Made by a program: the position numbers and the translations under genes. A stretch of 64,000 bases of DNA from a virus (Duplodnaviria > Heunggongvirae > Uroviricota > Caudoviricetes), in the IMG/VR virus record IMGVR_UViG_3300024268_000001; one strand, written 5' to 3'. A model generated the notes under the pieces. That model was not told the DNA's origin, did not search any database, and saw nothing but the letters and a program-made list of their open reading frames with translations. Of the stretch, positions 17,057 to 27,135 are shown piece by piece (the first letter of the stretch is position 1; each line of letters opens with the position of its first letter).

Positions 17057-18096
17057 TAAGACTGCTCCTTGTAACTGTTATACAATTCAGTAAAGCTTGC
17101 ATACAGTTCATCTTTGTTCAACGGTGTATCATGTTGTTCAAGGTATGTCTTAAACAATGACATGATATTATTAAGTGTCTCGCCCGACAGTTCAACTTCC
17201 TCTGTGGTGTCGTCCGCGGGCAGGATATTGATATTGACTGGATATGCCGGTTTCAATTTCTCAAGCTTATCCACGAGCGAATAGATCTTCTTCGTCTGGT
17301 CAGAGAGTTCAAAAGGTATCTCCAGGTCAACAACATTACCCGCGATGACAGACAGGTCTACGTCCGGGAAGGTATGCTTGGTGAACTTAATGGACTGCGT
17401 ATTCTCGTGTAACACGTCTTCGTTGGTGTCCAGGTCAAGTATGTGGTAACCCTTGGTGTCTCCGCGGTCTATTCTAGTAAGCTGGTATGGCGAACCGAGA
17501 TATGTAATGGACTTGTTCTTCTCGTACTTCCTGGTATAGCCGTTATGGTAATGACCCGAATAGACATGATCTATATGGTCGAGGAGTGTAGAAGCCATGA
17601 GACCCGAATCCGAAAGACGACCGCCCATGTTGAAACCGATAATATCAGCGTGGCAGAAGCAATACTCGTGATGCCCGGGTACTATCTCCTCGAACTTGGA
17701 GTAGTCAGTAATCCAGGGAAGCATAAGTATGTTATGTCCGTCCAGTGTAATTTCCGTGGGCTTTTCATACACGGTAACGTGAGGCATCAGGTCAAGAACC
17801 TTCAGGCTGTTTACCTCTGTGGTAGTAGTCATGTACATGTCGTGGTTACCTACTATAACATGTATGTCAAAATCCTTCAGCGTATTCTTGAACAGATCGA
17901 TGACCACGTTATCTGTCTGAACGTTAACTGCCTGGCGAGTGTCGAAGACGTCGCCAAGTATGAATAGCTTGGTAATACCTGCAGCCTTGAGCTCAGGAAC
18001 CAGTTGGTCAGTAAAAAACTTTAATTGTGAACGCTGGAAGATAGAATCTGATTTTTTAATTCCAGCATGCAAGTCTGCTATCAATGCTATTTTCAT
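17056..18096 (-). CDS. gp47: recombination nuclease subunit (T4 gp47 / Mre11 / SbcD-like)
   Basis: ADLH, LGDVFD, VGNHD, CHADI, SGHYH. Confidence 0.92.
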   Translation of the reverse strand: MKIALIADLHAGIKKSDSIFQRSQLKFFTDQLVPELKAAGITKLFILGDVFDTRQAVNVQTDNVVIDLFKNTLKDFDIHVIVGNHDMYMTTTTEVNSLKVLDLMPHVTVYEKPTEITLDGHNILMLPWITDYSKFEEIVPGHHEYCFCHADIIGFNMGGRLSDSGLMASTLLDHIDHVYSGHYHNGYTRKYEKNKSITYLGSPYQLTRIDRGDTKGYHILDLDTNEDVLHENTQSIKFTKHTFPDVDLSVIAGNVVDLEIPFELSDQTKKIYSLVDKLEKLKPAYPVNINILPADDTTEEVELSGETLNNIMSLFKTYLEQHDTPLNKDELYASFTELYNSYKEQS

Positions 18097-18302
18097 ATAC
18101 GATGTAAATGTAGTAAAATATTTGCGATGGTCTTATATAGTATATGTTAAACTTCTGAATATTTACAATCTACTAACGATCTACTAACAATGTGAATAAT
18201 AATGGCTCCCAATTTATTACGGGAAATATATATGCCGAAGAAAGTAGCATATATTCTAGTTCAATAAATTCGGTGCCATTTTCTTAAATTTTCTGAATTT
18301 TC

Positions 18303-19598
18303 TCATTTTAGCCTTATTTTTTTATATCTTATATTATTTTTATTGCAATATTTTCGGAAGTTTAGGCTTAGCCAATTTTCAGGAATTTGATAAACTTCGT
18401 ATAATTTTAGGCAATGATTTAATATTTCTTCGTACTGTTCTGTAGCTTTTCGTTTCTTATAATTATGCGTTTTACCTTTATCTGAACGTTCATTACAAAA
18501 GTCTTTTCTATAATAACGAAGAATGTTTTTAGCTATGTTTGCATCGCCTTCGGCTATATAACCTATTTGTTCTGTTACTTCGGATTCAGTTAAGCTGGCC
18601 AGATAGTCACGATGCGTATCATAAAGGAACTTGGCCGTAGATTCACGTGGCTTGTAGCTATAGCTTTCTTTTATACCAAATGTCTTACACAGTTCAGCAT
18701 AAAGAACATTTATATTCTTTAACTTCTGAATATTCCATTCATTATAGCAGCGTTTATAAATGTTGTTACGTACTTCAGATAAAAATGTTTTACCGTTTTC
18801 AAACTGCATGGCTATGATACAGCATACCTTATTGTATACGTCTATATAGTTATATGACCTGTTGTATAACGTATTAAGCATTATGGCATTAAACGTGGCA
18901 ACGATTATTATATAGTTCAGGCTATTTTGACGTTTACCTTCTGAAATGGTAATAAGCGTACGATGCCATGCGTTGTCATGGTATTTAAAATGATAGTATT
19001 TCCATTCGAGACGAGGATCGTTATATATCTGTTTACCCAGTAGACGATTCTTTTCTTGCTGGTTAACCGGTAAGAAAGCTTCGCGTTTAATCTTTGTTGT
19101 TCTGATGGATGCTATGTCATTGTAGAATACGGACTTATCCAGTCTATACTTGGGGTCATCTAGCATGATACCGAAGTTCAACTGGTATGGCGACTTCGTA
19201 CATTTATCTACCGATATGTCACAGAATGATTCGAAATCGGTTAAGATAGTTTCCATTAAGTCTATACAAATAGGATTAAACAGCTCGAGGAACACCTTGC
19301 ATTTCCCGGGCTTGCGCGAGCTGGAGTCAAATACGTGACAGGACTTTACGTCTAACGCGTTGGCAATGTCTGTAGTATGAGTATTAAGCCATTCGCGTTT
19401 ACCTTCGGGTAGATCGTCTATATCGACAATGATGAAATCCATTAAGTCGTTGTCGCCAATGTCCATGATATGGCCGGTCTGCCACAGGTAGATATAGTCA
19501 TAAAACCCGCCCTGGTGTAGTTTCCAGTGCAGGCGTTTACATTCGGACACCCAGTCAGGCTTATGAGTAAAGCTTTCCTTGGTATACTTGATGTTCAT
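18303..19598 (-). CDS. AT-rich gene with AEP/VirE-N-like motifs and a basic C-terminus
   Basis: IIVDIDD, DSSSRKPGKCKVF, VDKCTKSPYQL, EGKRQNSL, RSDKGKTH. Confidence 0.5.
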   Translation of the reverse strand: MNIKYTKESFTHKPDWVSECKRLHWKLHQGGFYDYIYLWQTGHIMDIGDNDLMDFIIVDIDDLPEGKREWLNTHTTDIANALDVKSCHVFDSSSRKPGKCKVFLELFNPICIDLMETILTDFESFCDISVDKCTKSPYQLNFGIMLDDPKYRLDKSVFYNDIASIRTTKIKREAFLPVNQQEKNRLLGKQIYNDPRLEWKYYHFKYHDNAWHRTLITISEGKRQNSLNYIIIVATFNAIMLNTLYNRSYNYIDVYNKVCCIIAMQFENGKTFLSEVRNNIYKRCYNEWNIQKLKNINVLYAELCKTFGIKESYSYKPRESTAKFLYDTHRDYLASLTESEVTEQIGYIAEGDANIAKNILRYYRKDFCNERSDKGKTHNYKKRKATEQYEEILNHCLKLYEVYQIPENWLSLNFRKYCNKNNIRYKKIRLK

Positions 19599-19840
19599 TA
19601 TCTATTAAGCTGTTCGATGAATTCCTTTACCGAGACCGGCTTGTCATCAATGCGGGGGTCGACCCAGAAGGAGACCGGATCGCCAAAGCTCGTACGGTAC
19701 TTGAACTTCATGCCAGTACCTTTCTTAATGAACTCGTCGGAACCGGATTCGTCAAATAGGTCTACTTCTTGATGTATAAAGTTCGATTGTTCAGTTAAGA
19801 GTCTGGCTTCCGCCATTGTTACCTGTTGCCAATTATTCAT
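19598..19840 (-). CDS. hypothetical protein
   Basis: 80 aa; overlaps both neighbours (ATGA / TAATG). Confidence 0.7.
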   Translation of the reverse strand: MNNWQQVTMAEARLLTEQSNFIHQEVDLFDESGSDEFIKKGTGMKFKYRTSFGDPVSFWVDPRIDDKPVSVKEFIEQLNR

Positions 19841-21594
19841 TTTACCTCCAGGGTGCTGAATCCACCCGGTTTCTTATCAATCTTGATTACGCTACTGATC
19901 GCTATCTTCGGCTCTGTGAGCTTGTGCGATACAATATATATGCCAAGTTTGTTCTTCTTGTTCTCGTTTACAATATTGTATAAAGTCGAAAGGAACTGGT
20001 CTATACCCGACTGGTCCACTCCGTTGTCGATCAGCTCGTCGATGAAAATGATGTTGCAGCTCCAGTTAGAGATGATTCGTGACGTGTTGAAGAAGCTGAG
20101 TAGGATGGACATGTCGATTCGGCTACGCTCGCCGCCAGAGAACTGGTTGTAGATTCGCGGGTAACGACCCTTCATCATAACTACCTTCATCTGATCGTCA
20201 AACGTAATCTTCACGGGCAGTTCAAACTTATGAAGGAAATCGTTAACGTTTTTATTAAGGATTAAGATTAACTTCTTGAAGAAATACTGTTTGATTCCAG
20301 TATCGCCGAGGATGTTAACCAGTTCGTTATCGATGTCAATCTTATGCTGGTACTCGTTAATCTCCTGCTCTACTGTCGCAAGCTGGGCAGAGAGAGTCTT
20401 AAGAGCATCGTGGTACTCGTCAAGGGTGATACTGCATTCCTTGTTCTGTTCTTCAACAAGACTGTCGTTCAGGCTCGCGATCCTGTTCTGCAGGTCAGTG
20501 ACAAGATTCGATTCCTCGCGAAGCTTGGTCTGAATGGTTGTAATGAATTCCGACTTGCGCTTATGTTCAATGTACTGCGTCTGGTACTCGTTGATACCTG
20601 CAGTGAGCTGAGGGATAAGCGTTTCGGAAATATTCTTCAGTTCTTCATTCAACTGTATGATATGCTGCTTGGCATGTCCTTCGTTCAACGGCGATCCGCA
20701 AATAGGACATTCGTTTTTCGTAGACAATCCTTTAAGAGTCTTCTCTATACGGGTTTTATCCGCGGTAGCGCCGCCAAGTTTCGTACTTAGCTCGCCATAG
20801 ACCGTACTGTCCGGAGCCGTGCCCAGTTCAGCCACGTGTTTCTCAAGCGCTTTTTGGCCTGTGGTCACGTTTTTCATGGCCTTAGTAAGTTTACCCTGTG
20901 CATCCTCGATCTGCTGCTTGATGCGATTTACCGCGGCTTCCTTAGTCTCATTGAAATTCGCGATGTACTTCTGCATATTCTCTATATAACGGTTGTTGTC
21001 TTCGATACGTCCGTTGATATAGCCCATCTCGTTGATTTTGATTTGCTGGTTAGCCGCGTTGACGGTCTTACGCTTCTTAACGTCCTTGCACATGAGTCCA
21101 AGGATGTCTATGTTAAAGATGTTTTCGATTAGGGCACGCTGATCGCCGATAGACATGGAGAGGAACGGCGTGTTGTTCGTGACGTTGGTTGCCACGATGT
21201 TCTTGAATAGCCTTATGTTGATGCCTAGGAGCTTATCTATCTCGTCCTGGTTAAGCTTCTTGGATGACAGCAAGTCTAACTGCTGCCCGTTCTTCGTAAT
21301 CTCAAGGATGGTTGGCTTCAGGCCTCTCGCGATGGTATAGGAATCCTTACCTATATTAAACGTTACCTCTGTGTAGAGATCTTTCTCGTTGATTTCATTT
21401 ATTAAGTTATTAAGTTTGATGTCCCTGTATGGTTTACCGAAGAGACAGAAGGTAAGAGCGTCGAGGATGGTAGACTTACCCGATCCGTTAGCCGCTGTGA
21501 CTATGTTAATCCCATTGTTGAAATCCAATTCTGTCATTTGGTTTCCATAGGATAATATATTCTTAAATCTGATTTTCTTGAATTCTATGTACAT
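19837..21594 (-). CDS. gp46: recombination ATPase subunit (T4 gp46 / Rad50 / SbcC-like)
   Basis: NGSGKSTILDAL, coiled coil, CPICG zinc hook, FSGGE, FIDE, SH. Confidence 0.95.
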   Translation of the reverse strand: MYIEFKKIRFKNILSYGNQMTELDFNNGINIVTAANGSGKSTILDALTFCLFGKPYRDIKLNNLINEINEKDLYTEVTFNIGKDSYTIARGLKPTILEITKNGQQLDLLSSKKLNQDEIDKLLGINIRLFKNIVATNVTNNTPFLSMSIGDQRALIENIFNIDILGLMCKDVKKRKTVNAANQQIKINEMGYINGRIEDNNRYIENMQKYIANFNETKEAAVNRIKQQIEDAQGKLTKAMKNVTTGQKALEKHVAELGTAPDSTVYGELSTKLGGATADKTRIEKTLKGLSTKNECPICGSPLNEGHAKQHIIQLNEELKNISETLIPQLTAGINEYQTQYIEHKRKSEFITTIQTKLREESNLVTDLQNRIASLNDSLVEEQNKECSITLDEYHDALKTLSAQLATVEQEINEYQHKIDIDNELVNILGDTGIKQYFFKKLILILNKNVNDFLHKFELPVKITFDDQMKVVMMKGRYPRIYNQFSGGERSRIDMSILLSFFNTSRIISNWSCNIIFIDELIDNGVDQSGIDQFLSTLYNIVNENKKNKLGIYIVSHKLTEPKIAISSVIKIDKKPGGFSTLEVK

Positions 21595-21662
21595 ATGCGT
21601 TAAATATAGTAATTCCAGAAAATAAGAATTAAGTATTAAGATGGTTTAATCTGTAAAAATAG

Positions 21663-21693
21663 AAAAGCCCGGAACTATTAAGTTCCGGACTTT
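21663..21693 (-). terminator. intrinsic terminator
   Basis: CCGGAACT/AGTTCCGG stem plus TTTT. Confidence 0.7.
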
Positions 21694-21722
21694 CGAGGTA
21701 TGACAGAATTGAAATTAAATCT

Positions 21723-22019
21723 TTAAAGCTTGGCCAATGCAAAATCTGTGCTAATAATATTCACAAGAATGTCATATTTCTCAGGCGAGTCCACGTGATA
21801 CATCTTGCCTTTCCATTTGACATAATAATCGTCATAACGGTACAGCCTTACGCATCCTTCACCGTCGGGCATATGTGATACGTAATATTTCTTACCTGAG
21901 TCTCGGAGGATCGAATCCTTGGTTGGTATCATGAAGTTGCCGGTCAGCTCAGTATTCCTTGAAAAATCTACTTGGACATAGTTCATCTCTGAACGTACAA
22001 AACCTTTACCGATTTTCAT
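21723..22019 (-). CDS. hypothetical protein, paralog of 26861-27118
   Basis: Shared VDFxR, IP, VRxY, KxYHVxS and ALAKL/ALARLK. Confidence 0.75.
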   Translation of the reverse strand: MKIGKGFVRSEMNYVQVDFSRNTELTGNFMIPTKDSILRDSGKKYYVSHMPDGEGCVRLYRYDDYYVKWKGKMYHVDSPEKYDILVNIISTDFALAKL

Positions 22020-22025
22020 ATTGTT

Positions 22026-22772
22026 TTATCCTTCCATAGCCAGGCATTTCTTACCGTCCTCACTATCACGTTTGAGCAACGGTGCGAAGTCGCTCTTGGG
22101 ACGAAGACGGTGTGCCTCTTCCCATGTTAAGTATGTATTCGCGACTTCGTTGTAAACCTTCATGACGTCATCCTTGAGCCACTTGTCCTTGAACTGGTTC
22201 GCGGGAAGTACGCCAAGACGATACCATTCAGCCGGGTAGTACGACGATGTGTCCTTGAACTTTGTCTTAAGGTGTTTTCCCTGTTTGGCTGCCCAGTATT
22301 GAATTCGAATTTCCTTTTTCTTTTTTATGAGACAGCCGTAAGGTTCGAACAGGTCTTGGATTTCACTGAAGTACATCTGTTCTTGGTCGAAGCGATCCAG
22401 TTCCTTTTCCATATCGCGGTTGTTGAATGTGGCGATGAGTTTCGCGGTCGCAGCATTCCAGAGTTCCTTGATTAACGGATTACCTGGGTCATCACCAATG
22501 AATTGCCAGAAGTGTTTGGATTCTACGGTCTTGTATCTTGCATAGGCACTGTAGCAGTCACGACACCCGTAGTTCAGGGAAGACTGCATCCAGTTGACGA
22601 TAACTCGACACATCTGCGTAGCCGTGTTGTAACGCTGTACCATCCAGTTTTGTTTCTTACGAACCCAGGTATGGGTAACCTGATATTCATAACGTTCAAA
22701 CGTAGACACCAGGAATGCCCTCAAGTTATCATTGAGACCGTCCCAAAAGTTCTTGAATTGTTTTTCTGTCAT
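22026..22772 (-). CDS. hypothetical protein
   Basis: 248 aa; GAGG SD and own promoter. Confidence 0.75.
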   Translation of the reverse strand: MTEKQFKNFWDGLNDNLRAFLVSTFERYEYQVTHTWVRKKQNWMVQRYNTATQMCRVIVNWMQSSLNYGCRDCYSAYARYKTVESKHFWQFIGDDPGNPLIKELWNAATAKLIATFNNRDMEKELDRFDQEQMYFSEIQDLFEPYGCLIKKKKEIRIQYWAAKQGKHLKTKFKDTSSYYPAEWYRLGVLPANQFKDKWLKDDVMKVYNEVANTYLTWEEAHRLRPKSDFAPLLKRDSEDGKKCLAMEG

Positions 22773-22835
22773 GTCATTACCTCTTATGTCTATAATATAG
22801 AAAAATACTTTGTGGTTGTAAGTCTTTTTACTATA

Positions 22836-23012
22836 CTATTTTATGCTCAGCAGACCAGTGATTTCGTCGTTAAGGATCTGAAACCTGTCCTGACAACGCA
22901 TCAGTTGCTGGCGAGCCTTTTGAGTAGGATTCTGTCTGAATTCGGTTTCGACTTCGGCCATACTGTTGAGGATGTTTTCCACGTTGCGGTAAAGCTTGGT
23001 GCTGTTCTTCAT
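22836..23012 (-). CDS. small helical hypothetical protein (58 aa, not in the ORF track)
   Basis: AAGAGGTATA-ATG; MKNSTKLYRNVENIL...GLLSIK. Confidence 0.65.
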   Translation of the reverse strand: MKNSTKLYRNVENILNSMAEVETEFRQNPTQKARQQLMRCQDRFQILNDEITGLLSIK

Positions 23013-23020
23013 TATACCTC

Positions 23021-23335
23021 TTAAGATAAAAGTTCTTCCATCTGTGTGTTGAGCATCTTGAGTCGGAACTTCAAGATGTCATCTTCTGTCTCGAGTTCTT
23101 TTTCAACGCCGTCGTTAATCCTGTAACGGAGATTCGGATAACCAGTGGTTATTATTTTTGACGACTGCATCATAGAGCCCAAATCTGAATAATTGAAAAC
23201 GAAACCAAACTGTTCGCCTTTAGGATTCGCGAGGGTACAGAGCCCGTGATTCGTCGGTTCAGAGATTTCAGCCGTTGCCGATACGATGAATACACGGGTA
23301 AATTTAAGCATTATGTCTCTTTCGTAGATTTTCAT
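23021..23335 (-). CDS. hypothetical protein, C-terminal-tail family
   Basis: 104 aa; YRINDG hairpin then a helix ending MEELLS. Confidence 0.7.
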   Translation of the reverse strand: MKIYERDIMLKFTRVFIVSATAEISEPTNHGLCTLANPKGEQFGFVFNYSDLGSMMQSSKIITTGYPNLRYRINDGVEKELETEDDILKFRLKMLNTQMEELLS

Positions 23336-23613
23336 TTTAGTTTAGTCTCTATTAAACTCCAGTTTAATACATTATAGAAATCTATAACGTCTTTTGGTGT
23401 TTTAACTACATATTCTTTTTCTTCGAAGATCCATTTCGTCGGATTGTCATGAAGAGGATGCGGTGCAATAGCGTAATCTATAAAATCCGTATGTATTGTA
23501 AAAGTTGCACCACATTGACCTTCTTCAATCGGCGATACCGAGATTAGATTAACAAGCGTGTCGAAGAAGTATTTCTTATTGGACGGACTATATGCGAAAC
23601 GCATCAATTTCAT
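23332..23613 (-). CDS. hypothetical protein, C-terminal-tail family
   Basis: 93 aa; ATGA coupling. Confidence 0.7.
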   Translation of the reverse strand: MKLMRFAYSPSNKKYFFDTLVNLISVSPIEEGQCGATFTIHTDFIDYAIAPHPLHDNPTKWIFEEKEYVVKTPKDVIDFYNVLNWSLIETKLK

Positions 23614-23855
23614 TCCAGACCTGCCAAATCTATTTCGGCCTTCAAGGTTGCATAAAGCTCTGTAAAGTCCGTCTTAGAGTTAAATGTTTTCCCGTTGATT
23701 TCAAACTTCTCGTTGACCCAGCCATAGACGAAGCTGGTGTTCACGAGACCCTTGTGATAATAGCGAAACACCGGGAGTTCACCCATGTTAAAGATTTCGC
23801 CGACACCGAGAACTTCTTCGGGTTCGCTGTCACCTCGTTTCATTAAGATAGCCAT
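23610..23855 (-). CDS. hypothetical protein, C-terminal-tail family
   Basis: 81 aa; EINGKTF...IDLAGLE. Confidence 0.7.
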   Translation of the reverse strand: MAILMKRGDSEPEEVLGVGEIFNMGELPVFRYYHKGLVNTSFVYGWVNEKFEINGKTFNSKTDFTELYATLKAEIDLAGLE

Positions 23856-23857
23856 GT

Positions 23858-24181
23858 TTACCTCGAAACGTTATAACCCATGGCCGTGAGCTTCGCGATC
23901 ATCTCGAGAGCGTCATCAGATTCCTGACGGATGAACCCGCCCTTGCGAAGATCCTCGTTGATGTCGTCCAGAGTCTGCATGGAGACACAGAGGAGTTCAT
24001 CGTAATTACCCGACGTTGCGAGAAGCTTATAGTTTTCGATGTTACCGTCAGTTAAGGCCTGCGGACGTTCAAACAGCCTTCCGGATTCACGGATCGCGTT
24101 GATTACGTAACCCATGACAGCAAAGGCGTTTCCGTCACAACCAACCAAAGTATATTCGTCGATTTGTTTTGCCATATTCAT
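23858..24181 (-). CDS. hypothetical protein
   Basis: 107 aa; LVGCDGNAFAVMGYV motif; own promoter. Confidence 0.75.
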   Translation of the reverse strand: MNMAKQIDEYTLVGCDGNAFAVMGYVINAIRESGRLFERPQALTDGNIENYKLLATSGNYDELLCVSMQTLDDINEDLRKGGFIRQESDDALEMIAKLTAMGYNVSR

Positions 24182-24193
24182 ACCTCATATTAT

Positions 24194-24229
24194 AATATAG
24201 AAAAAACGACCTAGGTTGTAAGTCGTTTT
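24194..24229 (-). promoter_or_regulatory. hairpin-enclosed promoter CTTACA-N17-TATATT
   Basis: AAAACGAC arms flank the -35 box. Confidence 0.75.
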
Positions 24230-24250
24230 ATTAAACAATTTTATTTCGTA

Positions 24251-24664
24251 TTAACCGGGGAGCTTATCGATGTGTCTTAACGTTTCGTCTTGCCGCATCT
24301 TGAGATATGACTTGAGATGCTGGTGGTACAGATCGTCCATGACTTGGCACAGTTCCTCAAAGGACTTTGCTTTCTTATACCTGTTAGTACCCTGGGTTGA
24401 CAGGTAAAGATGTTCTTTCTTGTACTTGAACATAAAGTTACCTGCTTCATCGATTAGCACCAACCCTGTACAATGCAACCGTAGGGATTCAGGTATGGTC
24501 GTATCGTGAATTACCCCAAGGTTAATATCAAGGCCGATCTTACCCATCATTGCACACAATGAACAGTCATACAATGTTATCCCGTCTTTGATATTACCAT
24601 ATTTGGCTTCGAACGTCTTTGCATACGGGCTAAGTTTTGCTTTGATTTCTTTTGTAAGTTCCAT
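24251..24664 (-). CDS. hypothetical protein, xLPG-tail subfamily
   Basis: Start moved to ATG 24664 (6 nt after TATATT); ends HIDKLPG. Confidence 0.75.
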   Translation of the reverse strand: MELTKEIKAKLSPYAKTFEAKYGNIKDGITLYDCSLCAMMGKIGLDINLGVIHDTTIPESLRLHCTGLVLIDEAGNFMFKYKKEHLYLSTQGTNRYKKAKSFEELCQVMDDLYHQHLKSYLKMRQDETLRHIDKLPG

Positions 24665-24810
24665 ATAATGAATATAGTAAAAAGAATAAAACCCGTACAT
24701 AACTATTTGACTTAAAAATTCCACGGGCTCGCCATATAGTATGTAAGGCCGAAAATTTTTTATGAATAATAATTATTTAAACCGGTTGGATAGTTTACTA
24801 TATTATGAAC

Positions 24811-25101
24811 ATGGATATAATAAGAATTAACGGCAAAAGAATGACATTTCACCCAGAAGCACCACTGGAGGTAAAGCCAGACGGTAGTTTTCTGTTGCGA
24901 ATCAAGAAATGTAAGGAAAAGAAAACGGCATGGGGATGGAGGTCATACTACGTTACTGAAACCTATCCTGTACCGGCGAAACGTAAGACTAATATTGAAT
25001 TCGACGGCGTTTCCTATACATGTAAGAATATGCCGATGAGCGAGGTCGTGAAACTCCGTGCACACATTGAGACAATGTTAACCCTGGATAACTTGAAATG
25101 A
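24811..25101 (+). CDS. hypothetical protein, C-terminal-tail family
   Basis: ATG 6 nt after TATATT (24799-24804); ends LTLDNLK. Confidence 0.75.
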   Translation: MDIIRINGKRMTFHPEAPLEVKPDGSFLLRIKKCKEKKTAWGWRSYYVTETYPVPAKRKTNIEFDGVSYTCKNMPMSEVVKLRAHIETMLTLDNLK

Positions 25102-25361
25102 ATGTCATCGGCTACAGATACCATGAAAACGACATGCATTATTTTATGCTGGATTTCCGCCGCGAATTTAAGGCGCGGGAATCTATGTTGGTAGTTCCGG
25201 TTATTAATAACGAGAATAAGAAGGAATATTTGTATCTTGAAAGAGATACTTTTGAAACCGTCCTATATGATGGCCGCGAATATGAAATGCTGAAACAAGA
25301 AGATTACGCTATTCTGAAAGAAATAATGTCTACACTTTTTGCAATAGAGAGTCTTGAATAA
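25098..25361 (+). CDS. hypothetical protein, C-terminal-tail family
   Basis: ATGA coupling; ends FAIESLE. Confidence 0.75.
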   Translation: MNVIGYRYHENDMHYFMLDFRREFKARESMLVVPVINNENKKEYLYLERDTFETVLYDGREYEMLKQEDYAILKEIMSTLFAIESLE

Positions 25362-25396
25362 TTCTATATTAAGCATATAATAAGGAATTACCCTCG

Positions 25397-25810
25397 ATGT
25401 ACGAAAAACAAATCAATGAACTGGAAATTATGATGGGTCGTTATCGTTACCTTGAAGACCTCGGTAAAAAGTATAAGACCAAGTTCGCCAATATATCCGG
25501 CAATTACAAATTTGAGATGGATCCCTGCTTATACAATATTAACACGCCTGAATTGGATATTAGAATTAAACGTACTAAACCTAATGGCAGTATTGTATTC
25601 TTAATTGCCGCACTTATCCAATATGTCCACGATACAAAACAATTTAAATATGAAATCCATCTATATAATGGGAAAGACAAAAACTTTACCTATCCTTCAG
25701 AAATTAGCCAGATGCGGGATTTTGAAATACTGTTTAATTACGAACTGAAGAAGTTTGCTAAGGACACCCAGAAAAAAATTATTGATTCAATCAATAAACT
25801 TCCCGGCTAG
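25397..25810 (+). CDS. hypothetical protein, xLPG-tail subfamily
   Basis: Ends IIDSINKLPG. Confidence 0.75.
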   Translation: MYEKQINELEIMMGRYRYLEDLGKKYKTKFANISGNYKFEMDPCLYNINTPELDIRIKRTKPNGSIVFLIAALIQYVHDTKQFKYEIHLYNGKDKNFTYPSEISQMRDFEILFNYELKKFAKDTQKKIIDSINKLPG

Positions 25811-25828
25811 ATTTACTATATTATAGTC

Positions 25829-26251
25829 ATGAATCAAAAAGAACAAGAAGCATATCATCACTTACACGATATTTTCAAGCAGTGTCAAGCCAAGTACGGT
25901 TATCTCGTTAACTGTGACTACTTCAACTTTGGTGGTGGCGTGTATGATGATGACTATTCGACTAATCTTGCAAATGAAATGGTTATCAACAGACAGCATG
26001 CAACGACAGGTAATATTATATTCTATGTAAGCTGTAAAATTGTATACCGCGGTTCTTCTGCCGGTATATTTGCTGATACGTATTCTTACAACCTTACTAT
26101 TGGTCGTCATGAAGACCGCAAGGTGAAAGAATTTCAGAGCGAAGAAAAATTGCTCGCCGAGTTTGACTGAGTTTTTAACCTGGAATACCGTAGGGTTATG
26201 AACGTCAAGAAAAGAAAATTGGCTCAAATAATCGACAATCTTCCTGGTTAA
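25829..26251 (+). pseudogene. xLPG-subfamily gene interrupted by an in-frame TGA at 26168-26170
   Basis: The same frame continues VFNLEYRRVMNVKKRKLAQIIDNLPG to TAA at 26249-26251. Confidence 0.7.
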
Positions 26252-26268
26252 TTTCCTATATTAAGACT

Positions 26269-26595
26269 ATGCAACGGTCAAAAGTAATTAAACTTATTTA
26301 TTCGGATAAACACTTAGACGACGATTCTGAAACGGAGTATCTTGTAATCGTTCATAAGGGTGTCGGCAGAACGAGGTTTTCCACGTCGTTAGGCGTACGA
26401 GATGCTTTCAACTTTACATATCGAAAAGATAATGTAGACTTGACTGAACACTTTCGCATTGTTCTTTCTGGTAACCATGAAGCGTTTTATCTAAAAGAAA
26501 CAAATAAATGGTATGACGTCGATAGACCTAAGGAATTCGAACAATTAAGACATGACCTTGAAACTGCTTGCACTCTTGCATTACTGGAGGGTTAA
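26269..26595 (+). CDS. hypothetical protein, C-terminal-tail family
   Basis: Leaderless-type start; ends LALLEG. Confidence 0.75.
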   Translation: MQRSKVIKLIYSDKHLDDDSETEYLVIVHKGVGRTRFSTSLGVRDAFNFTYRKDNVDLTEHFRIVLSGNHEAFYLKETNKWYDVDRPKEFEQLRHDLETACTLALLEG

Positions 26596-26597
26596 CT

Positions 26598-26864
26598 GTG
26601 TATTTGTATATAGGCTGTGACAAATATTGGGTAATGGAAATTATACCGCCGAAGATTTACGATGCGTATTATCTTCGTTGTAAGCTGCATCCGTTTACAA
26701 CGGTACCTTTTTCGCGTGAGGTAGACCGTGAAACATCCGTACAGCTCTGTGACGAAAATGGATTTAGGACCGGTAAAGTCTATAAAGGCGATGCCGCGAT
26801 CTCTCTGATGGAACACCTCATTGGTGTGCTGGCCGTTGAAAAATTAAATGGAGAAGACAAATGA
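26598..26864 (+). CDS. hypothetical protein, C-terminal-tail family
   Basis: GGAGG then GTG at 26598; LAVEKL near the end. Confidence 0.65.
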   Translation: MYLYIGCDKYWVMEIIPPKIYDAYYLRCKLHPFTTVPFSREVDRETSVQLCDENGFRTGKVYKGDAAISLMEHLIGVLAVEKLNGEDK

Positions 26865-27118
26865 AAGTAGATGTTGCACATTCCCGAATAAATTTGGGAC
26901 TATCGACCTTTAACGTCGATTTTAAACGCGAGGCATATGTTGGCTCTGAAGGTCAACTGGTTATACCGTTGGAACGCGGCTTGAATGTACGTGTATATCC
27001 GAACGAAGAATCATGGGTTAAGGTAGACAGGAAGGTCTATCATGTGAATTCGAAAGATAAGTGTGCGGCAATAGCGAACGATATTTTAAATAGAATTGCC
27101 TTGGCAAGACTCAAGTAA
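26861..27118 (+). CDS. hypothetical protein, paralog of 21723-22019
   Basis: Shared motifs; ends IALARLK. Confidence 0.75.
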   Translation: MKVDVAHSRINLGLSTFNVDFKREAYVGSEGQLVIPLERGLNVRVYPNEESWVKVDRKVYHVNSKDKCAAIANDILNRIALARLK

Positions 27119-27135
27119 TTTACTATATTATAGTC

